63,486 nt of DNA from Clostridia bacterium (GCA_017436525.1 JAFSCX010000006.1:1-63486); one strand, 5' to 3'; shown: positions 36,627 through 46,319, counted from the stretch's first letter. The notes: generated from the sequence alone by a model not told the origin. Numbers and translations: made by a program.

Positions 36627-37655
36627 TTATCTTTGAATTCGGCCGGAGCCGTCGCCGCCGGCGAGTTTTTCCACTTCGGCAACCGAAACCATGTTATAGT
36701 CGCCTTCAATGGAATGCTTAAGTGCAGAAGCCGCTACTGCGAATTCAACAGCGCTTTGGGTATCCTTGCCGGAGAGCAGGCTATAGATCAGCCCGCCGCC
36801 GAAGGAATCGCCGCCGCCTACCCGATCGATGATATGCAACTCATATTTTTTGGAGAAGCAATACTCATTGGTCTTTACATTATAGAGCATGGCGCTCCAG
36901 CCGTTATCGAAAGCAGAGTGGGATTCTCTCAAGGTGATGGCTACCATCTCGAAGCCGAATTGATCGGCCAGCTGCTTGGCAACGGATTTATAGCCCTCAT
37001 GATTCAAGGAGCCTGCATAAATATCAGTGGCCTCGGCCTCAATGCCGAAGACATCCTTGGCATCCTCTTCATTGGAGATGCAGACATCTACATATTGGCA
37101 AAGCTCGGTCATGGCGGCTCTTGCCTGCTCACGAGTCCAGAGCTTGCCGCGATAGTTCAGATCGCAGGAGATTTTGATCCCCCGCTTTTTCGCCTCTTTG
37201 CAGGCCTCTTTGCAGGTTTCTACCAGATTCTCGCCCAGAGCGGGGGTGATGCCGGTGAAATGGAACCAATCGGCGCCTTCAAAGATTTTTTCCCAATCGA
37301 AATCGGAAGGGCTCGATTCCTGAATGGCAGAATGGGCGCGGTCGTAGATGCAGACAGAGCCTCTTTGAGAAGCACCCTTCTCATTGAAATAGATTCCTAC
37401 ACGATTCCCCCCGCGGACAATCTTTGAGGTATCTACCCCGTAACGGCGCAGGCTGTTGACAGCAGATTGGCCGATGGCATGAGCGGGGAGCTTGGTAACA
37501 AATGCGGCCTCCATGCCGTAATTAGCAAGGGAGACTGCCACATTGGCCTCGCCGCCGCCGAAGGTGAATTCCACATGGTCGCATTGCACGAATCTTTCAT
37601 AATTATAGGGTTGCAGGCGAAGCATCAGCTCGCCGAAGGTTACGATTTTAGCCAT
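36627..37655 (-). CDS. kdgK: 2-keto-3-deoxygluconate kinase (PfkB)
   Basis: FGELMLRL, GGGEANVA, DLNYRGKLW, DRVGGGDSF; hexuronate operon context. Confidence 0.88.
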   Translation of the reverse strand: MAKIVTFGELMLRLQPYNYERFVQCDHVEFTFGGGEANVAVSLANYGMEAAFVTKLPAHAIGQSAVNSLRRYGVDTSKIVRGGNRVGIYFNEKGASQRGSVCIYDRAHSAIQESSPSDFDWEKIFEGADWFHFTGITPALGENLVETCKEACKEAKKRGIKISCDLNYRGKLWTREQARAAMTELCQYVDVCISNEEDAKDVFGIEAEATDIYAGSLNHEGYKSVAKQLADQFGFEMVAITLRESHSAFDNGWSAMLYNVKTNEYCFSKKYELHIIDRVGGGDSFGGGLIYSLLSGKDTQSAVEFAVAASALKHSIEGDYNMVSVAEVEKLAGGDGSGRIQR

Positions 37656-37673
37656 CTTTTTTCTCCTTATTAT

Positions 37674-38303
37674 TTATTCGGCAAAGGCTGCCGCGCGGGC
37701 TTCTTTGCAAAGAGCGGTGATCTTCTCGAAATTGCCTGCGGCAATATCAGCCTTGGGGCAGACCCAGCTGCCGCCGACCGCGTGGATAAAGGGAGCATCG
37801 ATATACTCCTTGATATTGGCGGTGTTGACACCGCCGGTGGGCAGGAATTTTACTCCGCCGAAGGGGGCGGAAAGATTCTTCATGGCATTTAAGCCGCCAT
37901 ATACATTGGCGGGGAAGAATTTAATGACCTTCAGGCCCATATTGACGGCTGCGGTGATCTCGGTGGGCGTAACGCAACCGGGGGTTACGGCGATCTCATT
38001 CTCGATGCAATAACCAACCACTCCTGCATCAAAGCCGGGGGAGACAATGAATTTTGCGCCCATCTCTAATGCCAGCTTGCATTGCTCCAGATTCAAGACC
38101 GTACCTGCGCCCACCAGCATCTCGGGGCATTGATCGGCTACCGCCTTAATGGCATCGGCCGCGCAAGCGGTGCGGAAGGTGATCTCCATCACGTCGATTC
38201 CGCCTGCAAGCAGGGCCTTAGCGGTAGGAACCGCATCTTTCGCATCATCTAATACAACGACAGGGACAACCCCTGCATTTTTCATTCTTTCAAGTACGTT
38301 CAT
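37674..38303 (-). CDS. eda: KDPG/KHG aldolase
   Basis: MEITFRT, GAGTV, FIVSPG, TPTE, KFFPA, PTGGV. Confidence 0.93.
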   Translation of the reverse strand: MNVLERMKNAGVVPVVVLDDAKDAVPTAKALLAGGIDVMEITFRTACAADAIKAVADQCPEMLVGAGTVLNLEQCKLALEMGAKFIVSPGFDAGVVGYCIENEIAVTPGCVTPTEITAAVNMGLKVIKFFPANVYGGLNAMKNLSAPFGGVKFLPTGGVNTANIKEYIDAPFIHAVGGSWVCPKADIAAGNFEKITALCKEARAAAFAE

Positions 38304-38307
38304 TTTC

Positions 38308-39150
38308 TTATACCCCCGAATAGGCGGCGAAGCCGCAATCTACAGGTAATACCACGCCGGTAATGGCAGAGGCAGCCCGATCATCACAAAGGAACAAAGT
38401 GGCGCCCAAAAGCTCCTCGGCATCCACAAACCGATGGGTAGGGGTGCCGCCCAAGATCTTGGCGGAGCGGGGCGTAGGGGTGCCGTCCTCATTGAAGAGG
38501 AGGCTTTTGTTTTGCGCGGAGACCAAAAAGCCGGGCGCAATCGCATTGCAGCGGATGCCGGTCTCAGCAAAGTGGGTGGCAAGCCATTGGGTGAAATTGG
38601 AGATGCCTGCCTTGGCCGCAGAGTAGGCGGGAATCTTGGTCAGCGGAATATAGGAATTCATGGAAGAAATATTCAGGATGCAGCCCTTCTTTTTCTCTGC
38701 CATATCCTTGGCAAAGGCTTGGGTGGGAAGCAAGGTGCCCTGAAAATTCAGCTTAAAGACAAAATCCACCCCATCTGCATCCAGATCAAAGAAGGATTTG
38801 CCTCCCTCTTTTGCTTCATGGTGATATTCATTATCGGTGGTGGCGCGGGGGTTATTGCCGCCTGCGCCGTTGACCAAGATATCGCAGGGGCCAAGATCCT
38901 TGCGCACCTGCTCATGGACCGCTTCCAACGCGGCACGATCCAAGACATTGGCTTTATAGCCTTCGCAGATAAAGCCCTCGGCCTTCAGCTCATCGGCCAG
39001 CTTTTTTACAGCCTCTTCATTGAGATCAAGAGCGGCCACCTTGGCGCCGCTTTCGGCAAAGGCTCTTGCCATAGCGCCGCAGATCAGGCCGCCTGCACCG
39101 GTTACGACAACCACCTTGCCGCTGTAGTCAATATTTAAGGGTAAATTCAT
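38308..39150 (-). CDS. SDR-type D-mannonate oxidoreductase (UxuB-like)
   Basis: LVNGAGGN, NISSM, PLTKIPAYSAAKA; between uxuA and eda. Confidence 0.82.
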   Translation of the reverse strand: MNLPLNIDYSGKVVVVTGAGGLICGAMARAFAESGAKVAALDLNEEAVKKLADELKAEGFICEGYKANVLDRAALEAVHEQVRKDLGPCDILVNGAGGNNPRATTDNEYHHEAKEGGKSFFDLDADGVDFVFKLNFQGTLLPTQAFAKDMAEKKKGCILNISSMNSYIPLTKIPAYSAAKAGISNFTQWLATHFAETGIRCNAIAPGFLVSAQNKSLLFNEDGTPTPRSAKILGGTPTHRFVDAEELLGATLFLCDDRAASAITGVVLPVDCGFAAYSGV

Positions 39151-40238
39151 TTCTTACTCTTCTCCTTTTCCAAAGTATCCCAGACACCCAGCATATACAT
39201 AATGCCCAGCGCCCGATCATAAAGGCCGTAGCCGGGGCGGACCGTGCCGGGGCCTTCGCCCCAAAGGTGCCGGCCGTGATCGGGGCGGATATAGCCTTCA
39301 TAGCCGCAATCGTGGTAGGCACGCAGAATGTCGAGAATTCCGGTATCTCCGTCGCAATCCCGATGGCTTGCCTCGGAGAAATCCCCATTATCAAAATGCT
39401 TTACGTTTCTCACATGAGCAAAGGCGATCCGATCGCAATATTTTCTCACAATCTCAGCCACATTATTCTCCGGATTGGCATTGAGGCTGCCGGAGCAGAG
39501 GGTGAGGCAGTTGCAGGGGTGATCGACCATCTTGAGGAATCTGCCGATGCTCTGCTCATCTACCAGCAGGCGGGGCAGGCCGAAGATATCCCAAGGGGGA
39601 TCATCCATATGGATGGCCATTTTGATATCGCATTCCTCGCAGGTGGGCATGATGGCTTCTAAGAAATATTTCAAATTTGCCCAAAGCTTTTCATGGTCCA
39701 CATCGGCATAGAGCTTAAAAAGCTCATCCAATTTTGCCATCCGCTCCGGCTCCCAGCCGGGGAAGCTCATATTATATTTTTTGGTAAAATCCAGAATATA
39801 TTTTGCCATGGCATTATAATCTTCCTGGATCATTCCTTTTTCATAGAAAAGGGCGGTGGAGCCGTCCCCCACCTCGTGAAAGAGATTGGAGCGGGTCCAA
39901 TCGAAGATGGGCATGAAATTATAGCAGATAACCTTGACACCGAAGGGGGCAAGGTTGCGAATGGTCTGCTTATAATTTTCGATATATTGATCCCGCGTGG
40001 GGAGCCCGATCTTAATATCATCGTGAACATTGACCGATTCCACCACATCCATGTTGAAGCCGTATTCGTCCAGCTGCTTTTTTACCTCGGCGATCTCTTC
40101 GGGTTCCCAAATTTCACCGGGCATTTTGTGGTGCAGGGCCCATACAATGCCGCTCACACCGGGAATCTGCTTGATATCGGAAAGGCGGATTTTATCATTG
40201 CCCTCTCCGTACCAACGAAATGTCATTTGCATCGGCAT
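39147..40238 (-). CDS. uxuA: Mannonate dehydratase
   Basis: MTFRWYG, ICYNFMPIFDWTR, HMDDPPW, RPDHG, PGYGLYDRALG. Confidence 0.95.
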   Translation of the reverse strand: MPMQMTFRWYGEGNDKIRLSDIKQIPGVSGIVWALHHKMPGEIWEPEEIAEVKKQLDEYGFNMDVVESVNVHDDIKIGLPTRDQYIENYKQTIRNLAPFGVKVICYNFMPIFDWTRSNLFHEVGDGSTALFYEKGMIQEDYNAMAKYILDFTKKYNMSFPGWEPERMAKLDELFKLYADVDHEKLWANLKYFLEAIMPTCEECDIKMAIHMDDPPWDIFGLPRLLVDEQSIGRFLKMVDHPCNCLTLCSGSLNANPENNVAEIVRKYCDRIAFAHVRNVKHFDNGDFSEASHRDCDGDTGILDILRAYHDCGYEGYIRPDHGRHLWGEGPGTVRPGYGLYDRALGIMYMLGVWDTLEKEKSKK

Positions 40239-40256
40239 GGTTCATCCTCCGTATTA

Positions 40257-41648
40257 TTATAAATTGAAATAACGCTCTGCATTATAATAGCAAATATCCT
40301 GCGTCAGCCTGCCGAGGGTCTTCTCATCATTGGGATATTCGCCGTTTTCCACCCATTGGCCCAAAAGGTCGCAAAGAATGCGGCGGAAATATTCATGGCG
40401 GGCATAGCTTAAGAAGGAACGGCTGTCGGTCAGCATTCCGATGAAGTTGCCCAAGATGCCAAGATTTGCAAGGGAGATCATCTGCTCCTGCATGCCTGCT
40501 TTATGATCATTAAACCACCAAGCGGAGCCATGCTGAATTTTGCCCGCCACAAGGGAGCTTTGGAAAGCGCCCAGCAGGGTGCCCAGCCATGCATTATCAG
40601 CAGGATTGAGGCTATAGAGCACGGTCTTGGGAAGGGCCTCCTCCTGCTCCCATGCGTTCATCAACCGATGGAGGCTCTCGCAGGAATCGGTAACATTGAT
40701 GCAATCGAAGCCGCTATCTGCGCCAAGGCGCCGGAATTGCTTGGCGTTGGGATTGCGAATACAGCTGAAATGCAGCTGCATTACCCAGCCGAGGCGGCTG
40801 TATTCTCTGCCGCAATGGAGCAGCAGCGCGGTCTGAAAAGCTTCGGCTTCTACGCCGCTTACCGCCTGCCCGCAAAGGCCTTTTGCAAGGGTGGCATCCA
40901 AAACCCGCTCGTCGGCGGTGCGGAAGAGGATCCGATCGAGGCCATGGTCGGCTGCCCTGCAGCCATGGGCATCAAAAAATTCGATTCGCTCGCTGAGCGC
41001 CTTTTTCAAATCGGCAAAGGTTTTGATCTCTCTGCCGCAGGTTGCGGAAAGCTTTTCAATATAAGAAGCAAATCCCTCTTTATGAATATTCAGCGCAGGA
41101 TCGGGGCGGAAGCTGGGCAAAACCTTCACGGGGAAATCGCTTGCTGCCAATTTTTCATGCCAGCAAAGATCGCTGCAGGGATCATCGGTGGTGCCGATCA
41201 TCGCCACATTGCTTTGCAGGATCAGCTTTCTCGCGCTTAAGTCGGCCAACTTTTCATTGCAGAGGTTCCATACTTCTTCGGCGGTCTCGCCGGTTAAGAA
41301 TCCTTCGTAGCCGAAATAATTTTTCAGCTCCAGATGGCACCAATGGACCATGGGGTTTCCGATGGCACGGGGAAGGCTCTCGGCAAATTTTTGAAATTTT
41401 TCACGATCGGGGGCGTCGCCCGTAATGAAGCGTTCCTCCACTCCGTTGGAGCGCATCAGCCGCCATTTATAATGATCGCCGCCCAGCCAGAGCTGAGTGA
41501 TATTTTCAAATTTACGATCCTCCCAAATCTCCTTTGGATCGATATGGCAATGATAGTCGATAATCGGCATCTCCTTGGCATAGTGATGGAAGAGATTGCG
41601 GGCTGTTTCGGTGCTCAGCAGAAAATTTTCATTCAAAAATGATTCCAT
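40257..41648 (-). CDS. uxaC: Uronate isomerase
   Basis: PIIDYHCH, GGDHYKWR, TTDDP, AWWFND, GMLTDSRSFLSYARHEYFRR. Confidence 0.95.
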   Translation of the reverse strand: MESFLNENFLLSTETARNLFHHYAKEMPIIDYHCHIDPKEIWEDRKFENITQLWLGGDHYKWRLMRSNGVEERFITGDAPDREKFQKFAESLPRAIGNPMVHWCHLELKNYFGYEGFLTGETAEEVWNLCNEKLADLSARKLILQSNVAMIGTTDDPCSDLCWHEKLAASDFPVKVLPSFRPDPALNIHKEGFASYIEKLSATCGREIKTFADLKKALSERIEFFDAHGCRAADHGLDRILFRTADERVLDATLAKGLCGQAVSGVEAEAFQTALLLHCGREYSRLGWVMQLHFSCIRNPNAKQFRRLGADSGFDCINVTDSCESLHRLMNAWEQEEALPKTVLYSLNPADNAWLGTLLGAFQSSLVAGKIQHGSAWWFNDHKAGMQEQMISLANLGILGNFIGMLTDSRSFLSYARHEYFRRILCDLLGQWVENGEYPNDEKTLGRLTQDICYYNAERYFNL

Positions 41649-41792
41649 TTTTCCACTCCTTTTCTGAATTACGATCATTATTATAATACAGAATTTTCTT
41701 CAAATCTATTGTATATTATACCCTGTTTGCTTGCAAATTTAAGCATAATAAGAAAGCCCGAGGCAGTCTTTGCCAATCAACTGCTGCGGGCT

Positions 41793-42299
41793 TTATGTTT
41801 CGTCCTCAGGCGGGACTTCTCTCGCCAAGGCATAGTTACTGTATTGGGGCTCGGAGGTTACCTCCCGCAATACGCGGAGAAAGGGAGGCAATGAAAATTC
41901 TTCCTTCTCCGAATGGAGCTCTACCTCCATGATCGCTTGCTTCCGCCAGAAGGAATAAATATCAATCTCATATGTATGCCCATCGTAGGGCAGGCAATAG
42001 CGGGTCTTCTGAATGGTCTGCCTGCGAGGGTCTCGGCTGGAAAGGCGGCGGTTATATTCCTCTTCGGAAAGCTCCCGCTCGATTTCGATGCGGCGGATGG
42101 GGGAAAGGGAACGCTTAGTTGTCTCGGTATAAACCACCTTGCCTCGCTCGATGGTCTTGCGGATGCGCACTGCGCCCTCCGCTACGGCCAGATAGGTCTG
42201 ATGAATTTCCTGCACACGGCAGAGGGCAGAAAGATTCAAAAGATCGGGGCGAAGGATTAAAAATTTTCTTTCGATTTCATATGGGGGCATCTGATTCAC
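41793..42299 (-). CDS. CYTH-domain protein
   Basis: EIERKFL, VRIRK, KTRY, EIDIY, EVEL, EVT...YSNY. Confidence 0.88.
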   Translation of the reverse strand: MNQMPPYEIERKFLILRPDLLNLSALCRVQEIHQTYLAVAEGAVRIRKTIERGKVVYTETTKRSLSPIRRIEIERELSEEEYNRRLSSRDPRRQTIQKTRYCLPYDGHTYEIDIYSFWRKQAIMEVELHSEKEEFSLPPFLRVLREVTSEPQYSNYALAREVPPEDET

Positions 42300-42399
42300 C
42301 TCTATATTATTATAAGTTAATTCTTAGAAAAAATCAAGAAAAATTGACAATACTTACCCTTATTGGTAAAATAGGGGAAAACGAAAGGGGTGCGATCCA

Positions 42400-43587
42400 A
42401 TGAAGATGCCTTGCGGCGTAAAAAGAATCTTGAGCCGTCTGGAAGAGGCGGGCTATCAGGCCTATCTTGTGGGCGGTTGTGTGCGGGATCATTTCATGGG
42501 CAATGGGCCCCATGATTTCGATATCACCACCGATGCGCTCCCTTCCGAGATCATCGCTCTTTTTTCGGATTTTCGGGTGGAGGAGACGGGGCTGCAGCAC
42601 GGCACTGTTACGGTAGTAGCAGATCATCTTTCGCTGGAGATCACCACCTTCCGCACCGAAGGGGCCTATTCCGATCATCGGCACCCCGATCAGGTGGAAT
42701 TTACCCGCTCGGTGGAGGAGGATCTTGCCCGCAGAGATTTTACCATGAATGCAATCGCCTGCTCCATGGAAGGCGGAGTGGTGGATCCTTTCGGCGGCCG
42801 CGCCGATATCGAAAAAGGGCTGATTCGCTGCGTAGGGGAGCCCGCCCTTCGCTTTGAGGAGGATGCTCTTCGGATTTTGAGAGCGCTTCGCTTTGCTGCG
42901 CGGCTGGGCTTTGAAATCGAAGGGAAAACCAAAGCCGCTCTGTTTTGCTGCGCTCATCTTTTGAGAAAAATCGCGGCGGAGCGGATTTTAGCAGAGCTTA
43001 AGGGAATTCTGATCGCTCAGCGGGCGGGGGAAATCCTCTTGGAATATGAGCCGATCTTAAAAGAAATCCTGCCCGATCTATCGGCCGATTGCAATATTTT
43101 GGGGAAATTGCTCCCAAAAGAATCCCTGCGGTTTGCAGGCTGGCTTTGGCCGATGGGTGAGACGGGGGCTAAAGAAATTCTGCAAAAGCTGAAGGGAAGC
43201 AATCGGCTGCAAAGAGAGACGCGCCTTCTGATCCAAGGGCAAAAAATTGCCTATTCATCCGCTCCTCAAAGGGTAGAGGTGCGGAAGGCGATCTCAAGGT
43301 TTGGCGAAGCCCTTTATTTTGATCATCTGCTGCTGCAGCGAGCGGCAAACCGTATGGATGAGGAATCTTATGGGGCGGCCCGATCCATGGCGGAGAAGAT
43401 GCTGGAAGAGGGAATCTGCCTGAATCTGCGCGCTCTTGCCGTCGGCGGAGAGGAGCTGATGGCCCTTGGTTTTTCGGGTGCCAAGATCGGGGCGGCGCTG
43501 AATCGGCTGTTTGATTTGGTGATGGAAGAGAAACTCCCCAATGAAAAAGAGGCGTTGCTGGATTTTGCGAAAAACCTTGAAAAATAA
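42400..43587 (+). CDS. cca: CCA tRNA nucleotidyltransferase
   Basis: VGGCVRD, DFDITT, EITTFR, DLARRDFTMNA, RFEEDALRILRALRF. Confidence 0.9.
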   Translation: MKMPCGVKRILSRLEEAGYQAYLVGGCVRDHFMGNGPHDFDITTDALPSEIIALFSDFRVEETGLQHGTVTVVADHLSLEITTFRTEGAYSDHRHPDQVEFTRSVEEDLARRDFTMNAIACSMEGGVVDPFGGRADIEKGLIRCVGEPALRFEEDALRILRALRFAARLGFEIEGKTKAALFCCAHLLRKIAAERILAELKGILIAQRAGEILLEYEPILKEILPDLSADCNILGKLLPKESLRFAGWLWPMGETGAKEILQKLKGSNRLQRETRLLIQGQKIAYSSAPQRVEVRKAISRFGEALYFDHLLLQRAANRMDEESYGAARSMAEKMLEEGICLNLRALAVGGEELMALGFSGAKIGAALNRLFDLVMEEKLPNEKEALLDFAKNLEK

Positions 43588-43678
43588 GGAAAACCTCTTG
43601 CAAGTTTTGGGAAAATGGATTATAATGAATCTGTCTGTAATATGAAATAACAGAATTTTTTTGGAAGGAGAATCAATC

Positions 43679-44371
43679 ATGAACTACTCACATGAAGTTG
43701 AAAGTATGTGCGTGGTAGCAAAAGGGCCCAAGCATGGTCCCGCCCCCATCCCCGAAGAGGGCAGATGGGTCAAGGCTACCCAGATCAGCGATATCAGCGG
43801 TCTTTCCCATGGTATTGGCTGGTGTGCACCTCAGCAGGGCTGCTGCAAGCTGACCCTGAATGTTAAGAACGGTATCATCGAAGAGGCTCTGGTAGAGACT
43901 CTCGGTTGCTCCGGTATGACCCACTCTGCCGCTATGGCAGCAGAGATTCTGCAGGGCAAGACTCTGCTGGAGGGCCTCAATACCGACTTGGTCTGCGATG
44001 CCATCAACGTTGCAATGAGAGAGATCTTTAAGCAATTGGTCTATGGCCGCACCCAGACCGCTTTCTCCGAAGATGGTCTGCCCATCGGCGCATCTCTGGA
44101 GGATCTTGGTAAGGGCCTGCGCTCTCAGGTTGGTACCATGTTTGCTACCAACGCTAAGGGCGTGCGCTATATGGAGATGGCCGAGGGCTATATCCTGAAG
44201 GTTGCTCTGGATGCCAATAACGAGTGCATCGGTTATCAGTTTGTAAATCTGGGCAAGATGATGGATATGATCCGCAAGGGCGCTGATCCTAAGGATGCTT
44301 TTGAAAAGAATGTGGGTACTTATGGCCGCTTTGATGAGGCTGCTAAGTATATCGATCCCAGAGAAGAATAA
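43679..44371 (+). CDS. NifU/IscU-like protein (GGGtGRT partner)
   Basis: GWCAPQQGCCKLTL, GCSGMTHSAAMA, LVCDAIN Cys spacing. Confidence 0.78.
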   Translation: MNYSHEVESMCVVAKGPKHGPAPIPEEGRWVKATQISDISGLSHGIGWCAPQQGCCKLTLNVKNGIIEEALVETLGCSGMTHSAAMAAEILQGKTLLEGLNTDLVCDAINVAMREIFKQLVYGRTQTAFSEDGLPIGASLEDLGKGLRSQVGTMFATNAKGVRYMEMAEGYILKVALDANNECIGYQFVNLGKMMDMIRKGADPKDAFEKNVGTYGRFDEAAKYIDPREE

Positions 44372-44388
44372 GGAAGGAGGAATATTCA

Positions 44389-45387
44389 ATGGCTACTTTT
44401 GAAGGTTATGAGAGAAGAATCGGAAAGATCCAGCCCGTATTGGAGCAGTATGGCTTCAAGACTCTGGACGAAGCAAATGAATATTGCCTCTCCAAGGGCA
44501 TTGATGTTGCTTCTATCGTAAAGGGTGTTCAGCCTATCGCTTTTGAGAATGCTTGCTGGGCATATACCTTGGGTTGCGCTATCGCACTGAAGAATGATAG
44601 CAAGAGAGCTGCCGATGCAGCAAAGGATATCGGCGTGGGCCTGCAGGCATTCTGCATCCCCGGCTCTGTAGCAGAGACCAGAAGCGTTGGCCTTGGCCAC
44701 GGTAATCTGGCTTCCATGCTGCTGGAGGAAGAGACAAAGTGCTTCTGCTTCTTAGCAGGCCATGAGTCCTTCGCGGCTGCTGAGGGCGCGATCGGTATCG
44801 CTAAGACTGCCAATAAGGTTCGTAAAGAGCCCTTGCAGGTTATCCTCAATGGTCTTGGCAAGGATGCCGCTCAGATCATCTCCAGAATCAATGGCTTCAC
44901 CTTTGTGGAGACCGAGTATGATTTCTATACCAGCGAGCTGAAGATCGTCAGCGAGACTGCTTATTCCGATGGCGAGAAGGCAAAGGTTCGCTGCTATGGT
45001 GCCAACGATGTATTGGAAGGCGTTGCCATCATGAAGCATGAGCATGTAGATGTTTCCATCACCGGTAACTCTACCAACCCCACCCGCTTCCAGCATCCCG
45101 TTGCAGGTACCTATAAGAAATGGGCAATCGAGAACGATAAGAAGTATTTCTCCGTTGCTTCCGGCGGCGGTACCGGCAGAACCCTGCATCCCGATAACAT
45201 GGCTGCAGGCCCTGCTTCCTATGGTCTCACCGATACCATGGGCCGTATGCATGGCGACGCTCAGTTTGCAGGCTCTTCTTCTGTCCCTGCTCACGTTGAG
45301 ATGATGGGCTTGATCGGCGCAGGTAACAACCCCATGGTTGGCATGACCGTAGCCGTGGCAGTAGCTGTATCCGAAGCTTTGAAGTAA
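44389..45387 (+). CDS. GGGtGRT-family protein, function unknown
   Basis: Contains ASGGGTGRTLHPDN. Confidence 0.9.
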   Translation: MATFEGYERRIGKIQPVLEQYGFKTLDEANEYCLSKGIDVASIVKGVQPIAFENACWAYTLGCAIALKNDSKRAADAAKDIGVGLQAFCIPGSVAETRSVGLGHGNLASMLLEEETKCFCFLAGHESFAAAEGAIGIAKTANKVRKEPLQVILNGLGKDAAQIISRINGFTFVETEYDFYTSELKIVSETAYSDGEKAKVRCYGANDVLEGVAIMKHEHVDVSITGNSTNPTRFQHPVAGTYKKWAIENDKKYFSVASGGGTGRTLHPDNMAAGPASYGLTDTMGRMHGDAQFAGSSSVPAHVEMMGLIGAGNNPMVGMTVAVAVAVSEALK

Positions 45388-45486
45388 ACCTTTGAAATGG
45401 GCGATCTTTCCGTTTTTCCTCCCTCGGCGTATCGACATACGCCTTCACTCGGAGAAAACGAAAATCTCATCCCATTTGAAAGGTTT
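45386..45486. repeat. ~100-bp palindromic intergenic element
   Basis: AAACCTTTGAAATGGG ... CCCATTTGAAAGGTTT with central GGCGTAT-CGAC-ATACGCC. Confidence 0.65.
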
Positions 45487-45500
45487 CAGAATCAAGAACA

Positions 45501-45537
45501 TTAAAAAAGGAACTCCCTCGGGAGTTCCTTTTTTAAT
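45501..45537. terminator. Bidirectional intrinsic terminator
   Basis: AAAAAAGGAACTCCC-TC-GGGAGTTCCTTTTTT. Confidence 0.8.
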
Positions 45538-45599
45538 GGTTTTTGATAAAACGATTTACAAAAAGGAATATATGATAAAAATATTACAAAGTGTATGAC

Positions 45600-45858
45600 C
45601 CCTGAAAATGAAATAACCCTTGATCTTGGCACTTTCTCGTCATGCCTTCGATCAAGGGTTATTTCATTGAATTTGCAGGTTCCAAAACGATTCCCTCTCT
45701 TTCTTTCGTATTTCTTTTCAGGCTTATTTCCGTCTTTTCGGCTGCGGCTGTGAACTGAACCTTCCTAAAAATCTATATAAATTTCGAGGGTCTTCCGCAC
45801 TACGGTGCGGCTGTAAAGCGAGCAACCTTTTTAAGCCTTTTAGATCTCTTCTCTTTCT
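45600..45858 (-). ncRNA. Candidate structured RNA with two tandem motif units (unassigned)
   Basis: Promoter TGGACT-17-(TG)TATTCT at 45893-45865; two AAGGTT..TTYACAGCCGCA..CGGAA..RCC units 63 nt apart; 19-bp perfect stem at the 3' end; no credible ORF. Confidence 0.45.
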
Positions 45859-46040
45859 GATTAAAGAATACCATAGAAAATAAAAAAAGTCCATTCGCAG
45901 ATTTTCTAAAATATTTTGCCGAAATTTAGGCAAAGGGGAGAAATTCCAATTGGGGGATTGACGAGAGGAATATTGGTTTGCTATAATAAATATGTTGGGC
46001 GCATGAAGCGCCCCTTATTGTTTTAAGGAGATGATAGCGG

Positions 46041-46319
46041 GTGAATACCTTTCAGAAATTAGATCGGCTGACGGCCCTTGCAAAGGCAGATCCCGAATTG
46101 CGGGAAAAGCTTTTGGCAACCAAAGCGCAGCAAGAGCCGCTGATATCCTTTTGCGCCATCGCCCAAAGCGCGGGAGTGGATCTCTTGGTAGGCGAGCTTT
46201 TTGCAATCGGCATGGAATATTCCGATAATCAATGCAAAAGCACCAACGGCGGTAATCCTTCTCCCTATGAAGCCTTTGATGATGCCTATGAAAATTTTAT
46301 ATCTTCGCTGATGTATTAA
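46041..46319 (+). CDS. Small hypothetical protein with Nif11-like N-terminus
   Basis: AAGGAG RBS, own TTGACG/TG-TATAAT promoter and terminator; AKADPELREKL...AQSAG pattern. Confidence 0.7.
   Translation: MNTFQKLDRLTALAKADPELREKLLATKAQQEPLISFCAIAQSAGVDLLVGELFAIGMEYSDNQCKSTNGGNPSPYEAFDDAYENFISSLMY

Noticed and set aside
45700-45765. Resemblance of GACGGAAAUAAG..CUGAA to the glnA glutamine riboswitch
   Set aside because: Only a short partial match, absent from the other tandem unit, with no nitrogen gene downstream; needs a covariance-model search.
45724-45933. 69-aa minus-strand ORF as a type I toxin
   Set aside because: Starts upstream of the predicted promoter, lacks an RBS and has no hydrophobic helix.
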